Shown here in pieces: positions 1 to 9,515 of a stretch of DNA of 64,000 nt (position 1 is its first letter; each line of letters opens with the position of its first letter). The position numbers were made by a program, and so were the translations under genes. This DNA is from Trypanosoma brucei (lineage: Eukaryota), in the NCBI GenBank assembly GCA_000002445.1, contig CP000070.1:1120001-1184000 (forward strand), read 5' to 3'. The notes beneath the pieces are model-generated. The model saw only the letters and a list, made by a program, of their open reading frames with translations. It searched no databases and was not told where the DNA came from.

Positions 1-1170
1 CCAACCCTCAAATGTGCCGGGGAATACAAAGATTTGGGTCGCGGATCGATGCATAGCGTTCCTCTTCCAGCACCGTATGTTCGTGGTCGGCGTGGTGCAT
101 AACCACGTGACTTTTTCCCCCATTGAAATAAGGGACTATTCATATGGGAGGTGCTCTTGCCAGGAGAAAGCGGACTCCCCCTGGTAGAGTGATGTTATCG
201 CTATGATTGTTATTATTATTATTTCTTTTTCTACATAGCGTTTTAGTTGTTTTCCTCATCTTGCGACTCTGGGAGGGGTCCCTCATGTTTTTGCGCGAGC
301 GGAGGTGAGGTGAAGTTTCACTTATTAAGGACTCTATTTTGGCTGCTTTAGGTGCTCGTGTCGTTTGCTTGTGGAACGACGATTGTTCCCCTCTCCCTTT
401 GTGGAAGTGGGCGGATGATCAGTGTAGTGTGGCAAGAAAAGAGTTTTTTTTCCTTTTTTTTTTTCATCAGGGGTTGGCAAAAACCCTCCCTAGACCCGTA
501 GGGTGATTTAGCTGTGTTTCTTACTCTCTACCATTGTTACCGAGGTTGTGATTTTTCAAGTGCAACAACTTTGGTGAAAAGAGCGAACCTCCTTACCTAT
601 TGTATGTGTAGTTCACTGGATGCCCCACTGTTCTCCTCTTTTCCTTCTTGTTTTTATTTGACCTTGTATTACACGGAGAGTTTCTTCCCCTCTCCATTGG
701 CATCCGCGGGCGGTATTCTCTCATATGTTAAGAAGCACTGCTGCGTGCCTCGGGGGCCAGAGGAAGTGGTGGAAAGAAGGCCGGCCGGATTTTGGTCGAG
801 CAGCGGCCCGCCGCATGCAGTTGGAGCGGCGGCGACTGGAGGCGAGTACCCATCCACCACCTGTTGATCCCACGGCTCAGCAGGCTTGTGTTTTGTACCG
901 GCGTCTATTGAAGGCCGGCCACCAGCAACTTTTGGTTACGGACAAAAGTTACTACGCGCGAAAGGTGCGACATGAGTTTGAGGTGACGGCCCGACAAACG
1001 AGTGCGCGTGTGAGAGGTATTATGTATGAGCGTGGGCAGTGGTTGGTGGAGAATAAACTCGGTGGTATTGTCTGAGCGGGACGGGGCGGGTGTGACCGCA
1101 TCTGTGACGAAGCGGTTGGGGTGGGAAAGTTCGGGATTGGCTAACCTCAGGGAGGTGCTACCCAAAGGAA

Positions 1171-1190
1171 GTGTGTGTGTGTGTGTGTGT
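1171..1190. repeat. (GT)10 microsatellite
   Basis: gtgtgtgtgtgtgtgtgtgt read directly. Confidence 0.9.
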
Positions 1191-1261
1191 CTGTTGTTGT
1201 TTCTACTTCTCTACCTTTGTGTACCCAGTTGTTGCTTTGGCGACGCAACGGGTGGCGGCAG

Positions 1262-1318
1262 TTATTTACGCACCCGTTTCTTTTTGTTTGTTTTTCATTT
1301 TTCTTTTCTTGCGTAAAT
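1262..1318 (+). promoter_or_regulatory. Polypyrimidine tract upstream of the WD40 gene, a candidate trans-splicing/polyadenylation signal
   Basis: T/C-rich run (ttatttacgcacccgtttctttttgtttgtttttcatttttcttttcttgcg) immediately 5' of the 1332 ATG. In kinetoplastids such tracts direct SL trans-splicing. Confidence 0.35.
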
Positions 1319-1331
1319 ATCTTGAAACTCA

Positions 1332-4300
1332 ATGAAGGTAGGATTCATGGTTGGGAAGACGTATCTTCGGTATGTTGTGGGCCCACAGGGTGGTGCTGTC
1401 GCGAGCAATGGTTCCCTTTCATGTTACAGCAGTATCACGCGTCCGTCGTATGCCAAATCAACGGGAGTGGCGAAGACAACTTACAGTGAACGCAATAACC
1501 GAAATCAGGGGAGGGATAAGTCCTCAACCGCGGCTTCTGCTGTGATTTTCACTGCAAGTCTGGAGGCTGTGCGGGTGTACTCTCTGCGCAGCGGTGTGCT
1601 TCAACATACGTTAATACCTAGGGAAGGAAAAATGCCGTTGGAAGTTACCGCCCTCCGTGTTGTACCACTGGATATGGTCGGAACATCAACAGCGTCGGCA
1701 ACGCCACTGAATACCCTCAATCAAATTGAGCAAGAAGGATGGATGCTGTTGGTCGGATACCACAACGGGCACGTGGCAGTTTTTTCGTGTGGTCCGACAT
1801 CGAATTACGGGGAACCAGTTTGCCGTTTCTACGCCCTCGGTCACAAGATAGATACATCAGTTCTATCCGTTGCCATAGACTCGCAGCGCGCTTGCCTTTG
1901 TAGCGGGGGACAAGATACCGATCTTACCGTGTGGGATGTTGTGACTCAAGAGCCCTCTTTTCGGTTGCGTGGGCATCGGGGAGGTATTGTCGGTGTGGAG
2001 TTCGTACCACAACGACGCCCAACAGGCCGTTTAGTAGTTGTCACGGGCTCATCGGATGGTCTGATTAAAGTGTGGGAACTATCCATACGTCAGTGCTTGC
2101 AGACAATTGTCGCATCGGATACACAAGTGTCGTCTATACTAATTGATGCTACCGGTAGTCGGCTGTACTGTGGCCTCCGCGAAAGTCAACTGAAGGTGTT
2201 CAATACGGAAGAGCTCACTGCATCAAGTGAAATGGACAAGGAATTGGGTGCCGTCACAGAGCACGGAGGTGTTCCGCGCAAACACCAGAAGCCAATAACT
2301 TCTTTTTCCTTTTCATATGACGGCAACTTTCTCTTGGCGTGCACAAGCAAAACTGTGGAAATCTTTCGTATTCTGTCCCGCGACGATGTGCGACGGAAGG
2401 TTGCGCGGAAACGTAAGCGTCGGGAGGCAAAGAATAGCGGTAATGCCCCATTGAACGATGTGGCAGAGGATGATGGAGACGAGCCCAACGCCCCGGGTGA
2501 TGAGGATAGAATTGAGGAGAAGTTGCCACCGACGAGAATAACCACTGATGGCAAAAGTGAGGCTAATGACGCGGGTAGCAAAAGCACGCATTCTGCCCAC
2601 GCTACAGCCATGGAAGAGATGGCCTTGTTACGCACTTTCTTTCTTGACGAGAAGGTGCGTAGTGCTTGTTTCGTTCCTCCTTTCCCAGGCATGAGCGGTG
2701 GCAGAGGTAGTGGTAGTCCTGGACAGCTCCACATCGCTGTAACGTTTAACAACAATACAGTGCGCACATTCACTACTGCGCTGACATGCGGCGACCCCCC
2801 AGCTGCTGCTATGTGGTCGCTCGAGAACCTTTCGATGCGCCATACGATGGATTACAGCGGACACCAGTCTGACATCCGCTCGTTGCAGTTTGTCGACGAC
2901 GACACGACGTTGCTTTCGTTAAGCTCTGAAAAGCTGATGATGTGGAACATCTCCACGAAAGACCCGGAAGAGGATCACAGAAACGAGCACGATTTCTATG
3001 ATGCCGTAGAGGCAAATGTGAAGCGGGGTGATAAAACAGGGTCGCTCACATGTACATCTCAGGTCGCGCTTGACGATGCCGTTGCTGTTGCAGCCATCGC
3101 CTCAAACCTGTGCTGTGTAGGGCGTAAAGATGGGTCCGTATTGTTGGTTGACCTTCCCGCGGCGGAAACAGTGTTCACAGACACTGCAGTGCATGTTGGT
3201 GGTGTGCGGCATGTTACTCCACTCCCCGATAAAAGTGGTTTCGTTTCTGTTGGTGCTGACCGTCGCATGATCGTTTGGACTCTTGCTATGGTGAAGGCTG
3301 GCTCCGATGCCGCCTCTTCTGGTTCTGGCTCTCAAGCAGCGTCTCACCGCCATAAAAACTCATCCCCCGATACTCCAGAACCAACCGATGAAAACGGGAA
3401 TGGAGAGACCGATACAAAGAATATGTCACTTCAGTTACTGCAAAGCGCACAACTCGAGTTAACGGAGAGTCCTTTGTTCGCTGTGTGTAGTGCCGACGGG
3501 CGGTTCCTCGCGGTTGGGTTACAAAACACAAACATTCAGCTGTTCTTTGCTGACACAATGAAGCCGTACCTTTCCCTCTACGGTCATAAACTTCCACCTA
3601 CCGCGGCAACGTTCAGCACTGACGGTACTCTCATTGCCTCTTGTGGCATGGACAAAGCTCTGCGACTGTGGGGGACGGACTTTGGTGATTGTCATCGTTC
3701 TATTCATGCTCACGATGACTACGTGACGGACGTTGCTTTTTTTCGGGATACTCACCAACTTTTAACTGTTTCACTTGACGGTACACTCAAACATTGGGAC
3801 GGTGATAACTGGATAATGATCCAAATGTTCCGTCAGCACCAACGGGGTGTGTGGGCGGTTGCGGCGACGGCAAATAGCACATGTGTTGCGACAGCGGGAG
3901 TTGACAAATGCATTCGCTGTTTCTTACGCACCTCTGACATTGTCTTCCCAGCGGAGGAAGAAGAACGGTTAGCTCAGGAGGCGATGGATGAGGAGGCAGC
4001 AAAGCGAGCAGCGATGCAGAGTTTAAATGGCATCCAACACCAGCAGGAAGTGGGTGTGGCGGGTCATGCGACTACGGCAACTGCCGCTGCCGCGGAAAAG
4101 ATAATGGAAGCGCTCGATTTGGTGTCAGTGGAGCTACAACGACGGAAGAACGACTCGGATAGTGCTCCCCCAAACCCGCTTCTGGTGAACAAAACCGTCT
4201 GGGAATATCTCTGGTCCATCATAGAAAGTGTGCGACCCAGTGACTTGCGTCACGCGCTGTCCAACCTCACGAGCACACATGTTGATGCCTTGCTGGACTA

Positions 4301-4664
4301 CGTCGAGCAGATGCTGAAGGAACGGGCCGTGCTTAACTATGAGACCGCTGCGAGAATTCTGCTCGCTTTGGTTGGCACACCGGCTTCGGTGGCAACAACT
4401 CACATCGCTCGCGTAGCCGTTGCAGGTGAAGTGTCCGAGGCGCGTGGGGCACGCCGTCTAGCCGCCCTCCGCCGAATGATTGCTGAAGGCCTCGATCAAT
4501 CAGCAACGCGCATGGACTATAACGTTTCCGGCTTGCAGTTTGTTCGTAAGATACTCGAAGACAGCGAGAAGGCTCGCTTCTTCGACGTGAGCAAAGTCCA
4601 GGGGTACAAACAAAGGTATCACAGTCGTGTCCTCCATGAAGAGCAAAGAGGAGAGAAGCATTAA
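1332..4664 (+). CDS. WD40-repeat SSU-processome (U3 snoRNP) protein with a C-terminal Utp12-type domain, UTP12/WDR3-like
   Basis: 1110-aa ORF with several WD40-like segments (LTVWDV, GSSDGLIKVWEL, LRLWGTD, DGTLKHWD). The C-terminal block LLVNKTVWEYLWSII...LLDYVEQMLKE resembles the Utp12 domain. Internal acidic/KR-rich linker. Confidence 0.55.
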   Translation: MKVGFMVGKTYLRYVVGPQGGAVASNGSLSCYSSITRPSYAKSTGVAKTTYSERNNRNQGRDKSSTAASAVIFTASLEAVRVYSLRSGVLQHTLIPREGKMPLEVTALRVVPLDMVGTSTASATPLNTLNQIEQEGWMLLVGYHNGHVAVFSCGPTSNYGEPVCRFYALGHKIDTSVLSVAIDSQRACLCSGGQDTDLTVWDVVTQEPSFRLRGHRGGIVGVEFVPQRRPTGRLVVVTGSSDGLIKVWELSIRQCLQTIVASDTQVSSILIDATGSRLYCGLRESQLKVFNTEELTASSEMDKELGAVTEHGGVPRKHQKPITSFSFSYDGNFLLACTSKTVEIFRILSRDDVRRKVARKRKRREAKNSGNAPLNDVAEDDGDEPNAPGDEDRIEEKLPPTRITTDGKSEANDAGSKSTHSAHATAMEEMALLRTFFLDEKVRSACFVPPFPGMSGGRGSGSPGQLHIAVTFNNNTVRTFTTALTCGDPPAAAMWSLENLSMRHTMDYSGHQSDIRSLQFVDDDTTLLSLSSEKLMMWNISTKDPEEDHRNEHDFYDAVEANVKRGDKTGSLTCTSQVALDDAVAVAAIASNLCCVGRKDGSVLLVDLPAAETVFTDTAVHVGGVRHVTPLPDKSGFVSVGADRRMIVWTLAMVKAGSDAASSGSGSQAASHRHKNSSPDTPEPTDENGNGETDTKNMSLQLLQSAQLELTESPLFAVCSADGRFLAVGLQNTNIQLFFADTMKPYLSLYGHKLPPTAATFSTDGTLIASCGMDKALRLWGTDFGDCHRSIHAHDDYVTDVAFFRDTHQLLTVSLDGTLKHWDGDNWIMIQMFRQHQRGVWAVAATANSTCVATAGVDKCIRCFLRTSDIVFPAEEEERLAQEAMDEEAAKRAAMQSLNGIQHQQEVGVAGHATTATAAAAEKIMEALDLVSVELQRRKNDSDSAPPNPLLVNKTVWEYLWSIIESVRPSDLRHALSNLTSTHVDALLDYVEQMLKERAVLNYETAARILLALVGTPASVATTHIARVAVAGEVSEARGARRLAALRRMIAEGLDQSATRMDYNVSGLQFVRKILEDSEKARFFDVSKVQGYKQRYHSRVLHEEQRGEKH

Positions 4665-5117
4665 CCCAACCGCTGGGGAGAAGAGCAATAATGAAGGTAA
4701 CACATCCCAGCAATGTATCGCTGGTAATAAATCAGTCATGTGGTGGCTTTGCATCTTAATTAAAGTTCTACCTTGTGACAAAGGGCTGCAGCCTATGCTA
4801 GGAAGTAAAATGGAGCGTTAATTTTATTCGGTGGGGAGTATTATTGTAAAGGTCCCTCAATAAACGTGTAAGACGTAACCCAAAGTAGGGGCTTAAGGAA
4901 GGATGGAAGGGCACTAGAGCATGTGTCCAGTCGCAGGTGCACACGCATAAGCCCCAATGTTCCTCTCCTTGTATTCCCGTGTTCCGCCTACACGCGAACA
5001 CCCGTACAAACTCAAGAGCACAAATCACTGCATCATTGTTTCTCTTCACTCTTCCCATAATTTTTCAATGTTTGCACAGACCCCATAGCAAGTAAGTGGA
5101 GAAAAAGGTAACACACA

Positions 5118-5858
5118 GTGAGTAAGAAAAGCAGCAACGACGAGAAACAAAAGTTTGGCGTAATGGTGATGAAGGCTTTCCCCCTTTCCCTGTTAGCGGC
5201 AACCACTGTGTTATTACTGCTGCTTCCTGTTCCTGGTAGGTGTGCTGATTGCTTTGCTCATTCAAATGATTACTCCACTCCCGGGGAGCCGTTCGGCAAA
5301 TCGAAGCACACAATCACCTTAAGTGGTGGGAACTGGGGCACTGTCATAGGCAGTGACGGAAATGCACTAAAGACGGCCCTTCTACTTGACATTTACGCTC
5401 AAATACTGCGACGGCATGCTTTTAACACTTCCGTCACCGTCGACGATATGCGACAGGGAGAGCATGGCATGGAAGCTGAAGTAACCGTTACACAGGTTTT
5501 GTTGACTGATGTCCCTAGGGCCGACTTGCAGCATACATGGAATCCCAACGAAATAACATCGTTGTTAATGCAAGGGGTGTACAAACACACAAAAGATAAA
5601 CACGATCCGCATTCAGACGTCCATCTCGTTAGTGTCAGACTCCCCGCTGCGACTACAGAGCTCCACAAGTGTGGGAAGGCCTGTTGGACTGTTCGGTTAA
5701 TAGGCATCTTTATAGGGATAGCCATGATTCTCATTGCAGCATACACTATATTCATAACGCGTAAATGGGAAAAGCAAGCGGAAAAAGAACCGGATGACGA
5801 CTCTTCGCGGGAACCATTGCCAGAACAAGAACAGAGGAGGTCGAGAACACGCGTGTAG
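5118..5858 (+). CDS. Small type-I membrane protein, family member A (signal peptide, ~150-aa ectodomain, one TM, charged tail)
   Basis: ORF with hydrophobic leader MVMKAFPLSLLAATTVLLLLLPVPG (functional start probably ~5163). Conserved motifs SKHTITLSG, TALLLDIYAQILRRHAF, VTVTQV, QHTWNPNEITSLLMQGVYKHT, CGKAC. TM segment LIGIFIGIAMILIAAYTIFI followed by K/E/D-rich tail. Confidence 0.7.
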   Translation: MSKKSSNDEKQKFGVMVMKAFPLSLLAATTVLLLLLPVPGRCADCFAHSNDYSTPGEPFGKSKHTITLSGGNWGTVIGSDGNALKTALLLDIYAQILRRHAFNTSVTVDDMRQGEHGMEAEVTVTQVLLTDVPRADLQHTWNPNEITSLLMQGVYKHTKDKHDPHSDVHLVSVRLPAATTELHKCGKACWTVRLIGIFIGIAMILIAAYTIFITRKWEKQAEKEPDDDSSREPLPEQEQRRSRTRV

Positions 5859-6787
5859 CATCGTTTCATTAGCAGCGGCGACAACAATCCGAAGTAATGC
5901 GCGGTTAGTTGCGGACAACATTCCACTGCGTCTCTTTGATATACTTTTTTTTGCTTTTGCTTTTCGCTGCATATACCAGCACCCCACTCCACGTGTGGTG
6001 AGGAGCTTGGGGTGGCATTCTTTGTTTGAACGCCTCCCATCCCCTTTTATGTTATTTTATGTTTTTTTTCCCCCTCTTGCTCGTTTATTCCCGCCCACCT
6101 TGTTGCTTTGACTGCCCTATGTACGACTGATAAATATGCATTGGACAACACATGGCTACTATTCAGTGTCTAAATACATCTTGCACACGCGGTCTTCCTG
6201 TTACTGCATGCACGGAAACTACTTTGAGCCCCCCCTTCCTTTCCCTCCCTACTTTTTCATCTTTCATATTATACCACATACATTTTGTGTATTACTCATT
6301 TTACCGTTAGCACCACCTTGCAAAGTTGTTAGCGTAATATGGGAATGTGTGTATTATATACTTCCCAATTGAATCCATATTCGGGAAGTTTTCTGTCTCC
6401 TCACTCGCCTCGTTGAAATCCTGTTAGTTGTCTCGGTATCAATGATAATATTGATGTGTGTTGAATGGTGGTTTATGGATGTGACTGTATTTTGTTGCGT
6501 ATGAACCACTGGAATGATTAAAAGGTCCTTTTAGCACTGCGGGGTTATGAATATTAATAGCCTGCACTCGTGTCAATGTATCTGGTAGTATTTTCACACC
6601 CCACCCACGTGCAACTTTTTACCTTTGCTCTGAGTTATTCTACTCCACACACCCATCGTTGCAACATTATTGGAAGTTAAGTGCTTTAGTAGTCATTAAT
6701 TTTGTAACGACTCTAATTAACGCGGTTCCGGTCGACAAAATTAAGCACTGCTGACACCCACTTCTTTATTTCCCCCACCTGGAAACA

Positions 6788-7126
6788 ATGACTCGGCAAT
6801 CCGATGTGCAAAAATCCATGAGGACAATTTCTGATGGAGCGGAAAAGGCAGTAGAAGTACGGAAATATGACGAGAAAGCGGTGCAGCAGCGGATGCAGAA
6901 ACTTTATGCCGATGTGGCGAAAAAGAAATTAGCTGAGAAGAAGCGAGCTGATGAGTTGGCGCAGATCCCGGTGTCGGAGGAGGATGTGCAACTTTTGGTG
7001 CGTGAATGCGGTTGGGAGGCGCAGGTGGCACAACAGAAACTCCGTGAGAGGAATGGAAGCGTTGTGGCGGTTCTTCGAGATGTTGCGGGACTCCCGAAGG
7101 CCAAAGCATCGAGTGGAACCTCCTGA
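6788..7126 (+). CDS. HYPK-like protein (Huntingtin-interacting protein K / NatA-associated, UBA-like C-terminus), copy 1
   Basis: 112 aa. The C-terminus VSEEDVQLLVRECGWEAQVAQQKLRERNGSVVAVLRDV parallels the HYPK UBA-like region (KKEDLELIMTEMEISRAAAERSLREHMGNVVEALIAL). The upstream charged helix KYDEKAVQQRMQKLYADVAKKKLAEKKRADEL parallels the HYPK central helix. Start codon uncertain because no AG sits between the polyY tract and the first ATG. Confidence 0.55.
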   Translation: MTRQSDVQKSMRTISDGAEKAVEVRKYDEKAVQQRMQKLYADVAKKKLAEKKRADELAQIPVSEEDVQLLVRECGWEAQVAQQKLRERNGSVVAVLRDVAGLPKAKASSGTS

Positions 7127-8339
7127 AACCTGACAAACAAAAAAAAACATTTACAATATAATGGTTATGACTGATTGAATGAGAGCAGCAGCGAGAGAAA
7201 CGGAAGTTGGCGGGGCCCTTTTGGTTGACTTGTTACGAGATGCTCAGAGGTGTGGAGCGTAAGCATGTGTGTAATCCCACTGAAGACAATTGCATGGTGA
7301 TGCAGGGGATGTTTGAGTTCATACAAATCTCAAACAAACACTGTAGAGGCGTTGAACTCATTAATGTCAAACTCCATCTGATTATTTCAGGCACGAATGC
7401 CCTCATGTAGGATGAAAAGGATTGCCACTTCCTTCATGTCGCAACGGATTCGCTATCAATTGCAACAGCTCCGACCTACAGCTTGTTGTGAGTTTTTAAC
7501 GCGCTTGGACTTCGGTAATGAACTTGGAACTTGATTTCCTGAGGATCGCCGCGGTGCATAATTTGTTCCTTCCCCATTTGATGTGAGCAGTGCGGTGCAC
7601 TTAACCATTGTGGTATCACTGCTTCGCTTTCTATGAGTGTGTGCTGTACAAATCTAATTCCTCTTCCACTATTTACCGTATTTGAAGCTCATTAAAGGAA
7701 CCATAATTAGCAAAGGGGGCACACTCAGTTGTCAAGGCAGTGGAACCCACAACATCCGCGCACAGCGGTGACACAAATGCATAATAGCTGCTTTTCATAC
7801 ACCTCTATTGTGGGGATGTTGATTCTCAAAGCGTAGTGGTTGTAATTTGAAATCAGGCATGGAGCGTCTGGGTAGGCGCATCGAGGCCAATCGCTTTATT
7901 ATGGGACAGTTGGATGGTATGCGAGGGTGCACGCCTGCTGTTGGTTGCAGCGGCAGCCTCAAAAAATTAAGTTATGCAACACTCGGTGTATTGCGCCGGG
8001 AGAATATGCGGCGGTGCGGGTGAGCCCTTTCACTGCACTTTGGGCAGCGGGGGTTGGGATGGTATCTACAGGGGATCTACTTCACATTGGAAAGTAAACG
8101 TCACAACTGCTGTCTCGACTGGTCGCTGATAGAACCCGTGAGGTGGAGAGAGAGACTGCTAGACCGGAGTTCCCTTCCAGGACGGATTAGCATCGGCAAA
8201 CCGAGAGGCACAAGCACGCCCTCGTTGTTGAATTACTGATCGGCATTCTGTTGGAGGTATGAAGGAATCGCAGTGGCGGCGGTGTTGATTAAAGTTTGAG
8301 AAACCTCGAGGAAAGGGAAAACCTCGTGTCGCAAAAGTC

Positions 8340-9515
8340 ACTATTTCCCGGGAGTCACACCGGCTATAGAGGCTGAAATTGAATACTTGAGAAAACAGTT
8401 GGGCGACTGTAAAGAACAACTTATAAAATACAGAGCACACTTTGAGCAGGTTAACCACGTTATTAAGAATAGACGAATTAAAGGAAATGGTTCAGCAGCA
8501 AGCTCAGACATTGGAAAAGCTCGAAAAATATTATCAAGAACAAAACGCCCAAAAGGTCCCGTGGCCGCTGATCCTCGGAAACGATGTCTGTAAACCCCCA
8601 ACCTTCCTCCATAGACCGTCAACAGAGCACTCAGATGTACCAACATGTTTCCACTACTCCGCTCGGCTTTAGTATAAACTGGGTCGGATGGAAAAACAGA
8701 GCGGAAACCTCTGAAGGACTTTTACAATTGTATGACGAATGTGGGACTACAATTGGGAATCCTGAGAGGCCTTCATGGTACAATTCTGTAAATTAATGGG
8801 GGGGAAGTGAATCATCTCTACATTTTTGGACGTTCACAAGATGGGTACGGTATTATGACCACTTCGTGGCTACGGCGAATAGAATGCCAATACAATATAT
8901 AACAACAGGGGCAGCTATGTATAAAACATGGCGAATGGAAATGGCAGCACAGAAAAGAGGAGTATTTATCCCACGGGCAATACAAGAAGGATTGGATACT
9001 GAAGGAGGTATCAATGTATGATAAGATGGCAAACGCAGCTGCAAAACAAAGAGCTCAGAGAAGTCGCCAAGGACGGAATTGAAGCAATTTCAACAACCAT
9101 CAGCGTCGAACAAGCCCAAACGGGCGAAGGAAGTCCCCATCGCGGAAACAGTAGCAAAGGCGAGACTGAGCGGGGCTCGTAAAATATACCGCTCCCGACA
9201 TAAGAGAATGAAACAAAAGGCGAAGAAAGAATGGTCAAAACTACAAATCCACAAGAACAGTGAATATGTTCGAAAACACATGGGAAACAAGAAAATTCTA
9301 TGGGGGTGTTGCGATCCGCGCGCGGATATACGCAACAAAGAGATACGGGGATGCACAAATAAAATAGTAGCTCCGGCACCACCTAACCCAGTGACTGTCC
9401 CCCGCGCGCAGATTAGGCCCTGTTCGTCAGGGAACTCTGAGCGAGAGCACTGTCCGGACCTTAAAATGCCCATTCAAGCACCGGAAGTCAAGCCGATGCT
9501 ATGGCGTAAACTATT
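8340..9515 (+). mobile_element. Partial inverted copy of a degenerate retroelement 5' region (gag-like, frameshifted) inside the left arm
   Basis: Mirror of 10482-11657. Coiled-coil ORF fragments in three frames (LRKQLGDCKEQLIKYRAHFEQVNHV / LRIDELKEMVQQQAQTLEKLEKYYQEQNAQK) are followed by a very basic ORF (MKQFQQPSASNKPKRAKEV...RSRHKRMKQKAKKEW...). The frame changes imply decay. Confidence 0.4.

Larger units (their letters stand above)
5880..9515 (+). repeat. Left arm of a large inverted repeat (palindrome), ~3.64 kb
   Basis: Reverse-complement identity to 10482-14117 with mirror rule x -> 19997-x. Outer boundary read directly (gacaacaatccgaagtaatgcgcggttagttgCggacaacattcc versus the right-arm reverse complement with T). 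Inner boundary after ...ggcgtaaactatt at 9515. The mirrored ORF pairs 6136..6372/13625..13861, 6788..7126/12871..13209, 8159..8458/11539..11838 and 9079..9528/10370..10918 are identical over their shared lengths. Confidence 0.9.

Noticed and set aside
514-1316. Short overlapping ORFs at the start of the window (514..867, 725..1075, 905..1165, 1026..1316)
   Set aside because: They mutually overlap in different frames within a GT-microsatellite and pyrimidine-rich region upstream of the WD40 gene. They are most likely 5' intergenic/UTR sequence.
2186-4781. Numerous - strand ORFs (e.g. 2186..2773, 4333..4713) antisense to the WD40 gene
   Set aside because: They sit inside a 1110-aa + strand ORF with recognisable WD40/Utp12 features. 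Kinetoplastid polycistrons are single-stranded, so antisense ORFs of this size are expected by chance.
5399-6040. 213-aa - strand ORF (5399..6040) and its partial mirror 13957..14370 (+)
   Set aside because: It overlaps antisense to family member A and runs across the palindrome boundary. It is shared only over the arm portion and has no motifs, so it is likely spurious.
9090-9473. 127-aa - strand ORF overlapping the basic gag-like ORF (and its mirror 10524..10907 +)
   Set aside because: It is opposite-strand to the retroelement's coding order (gag then RT on the other strand) and has a Cys/Phe-rich nonsense-like composition. It is kept as part of the mobile-element remnant, not as a gene.
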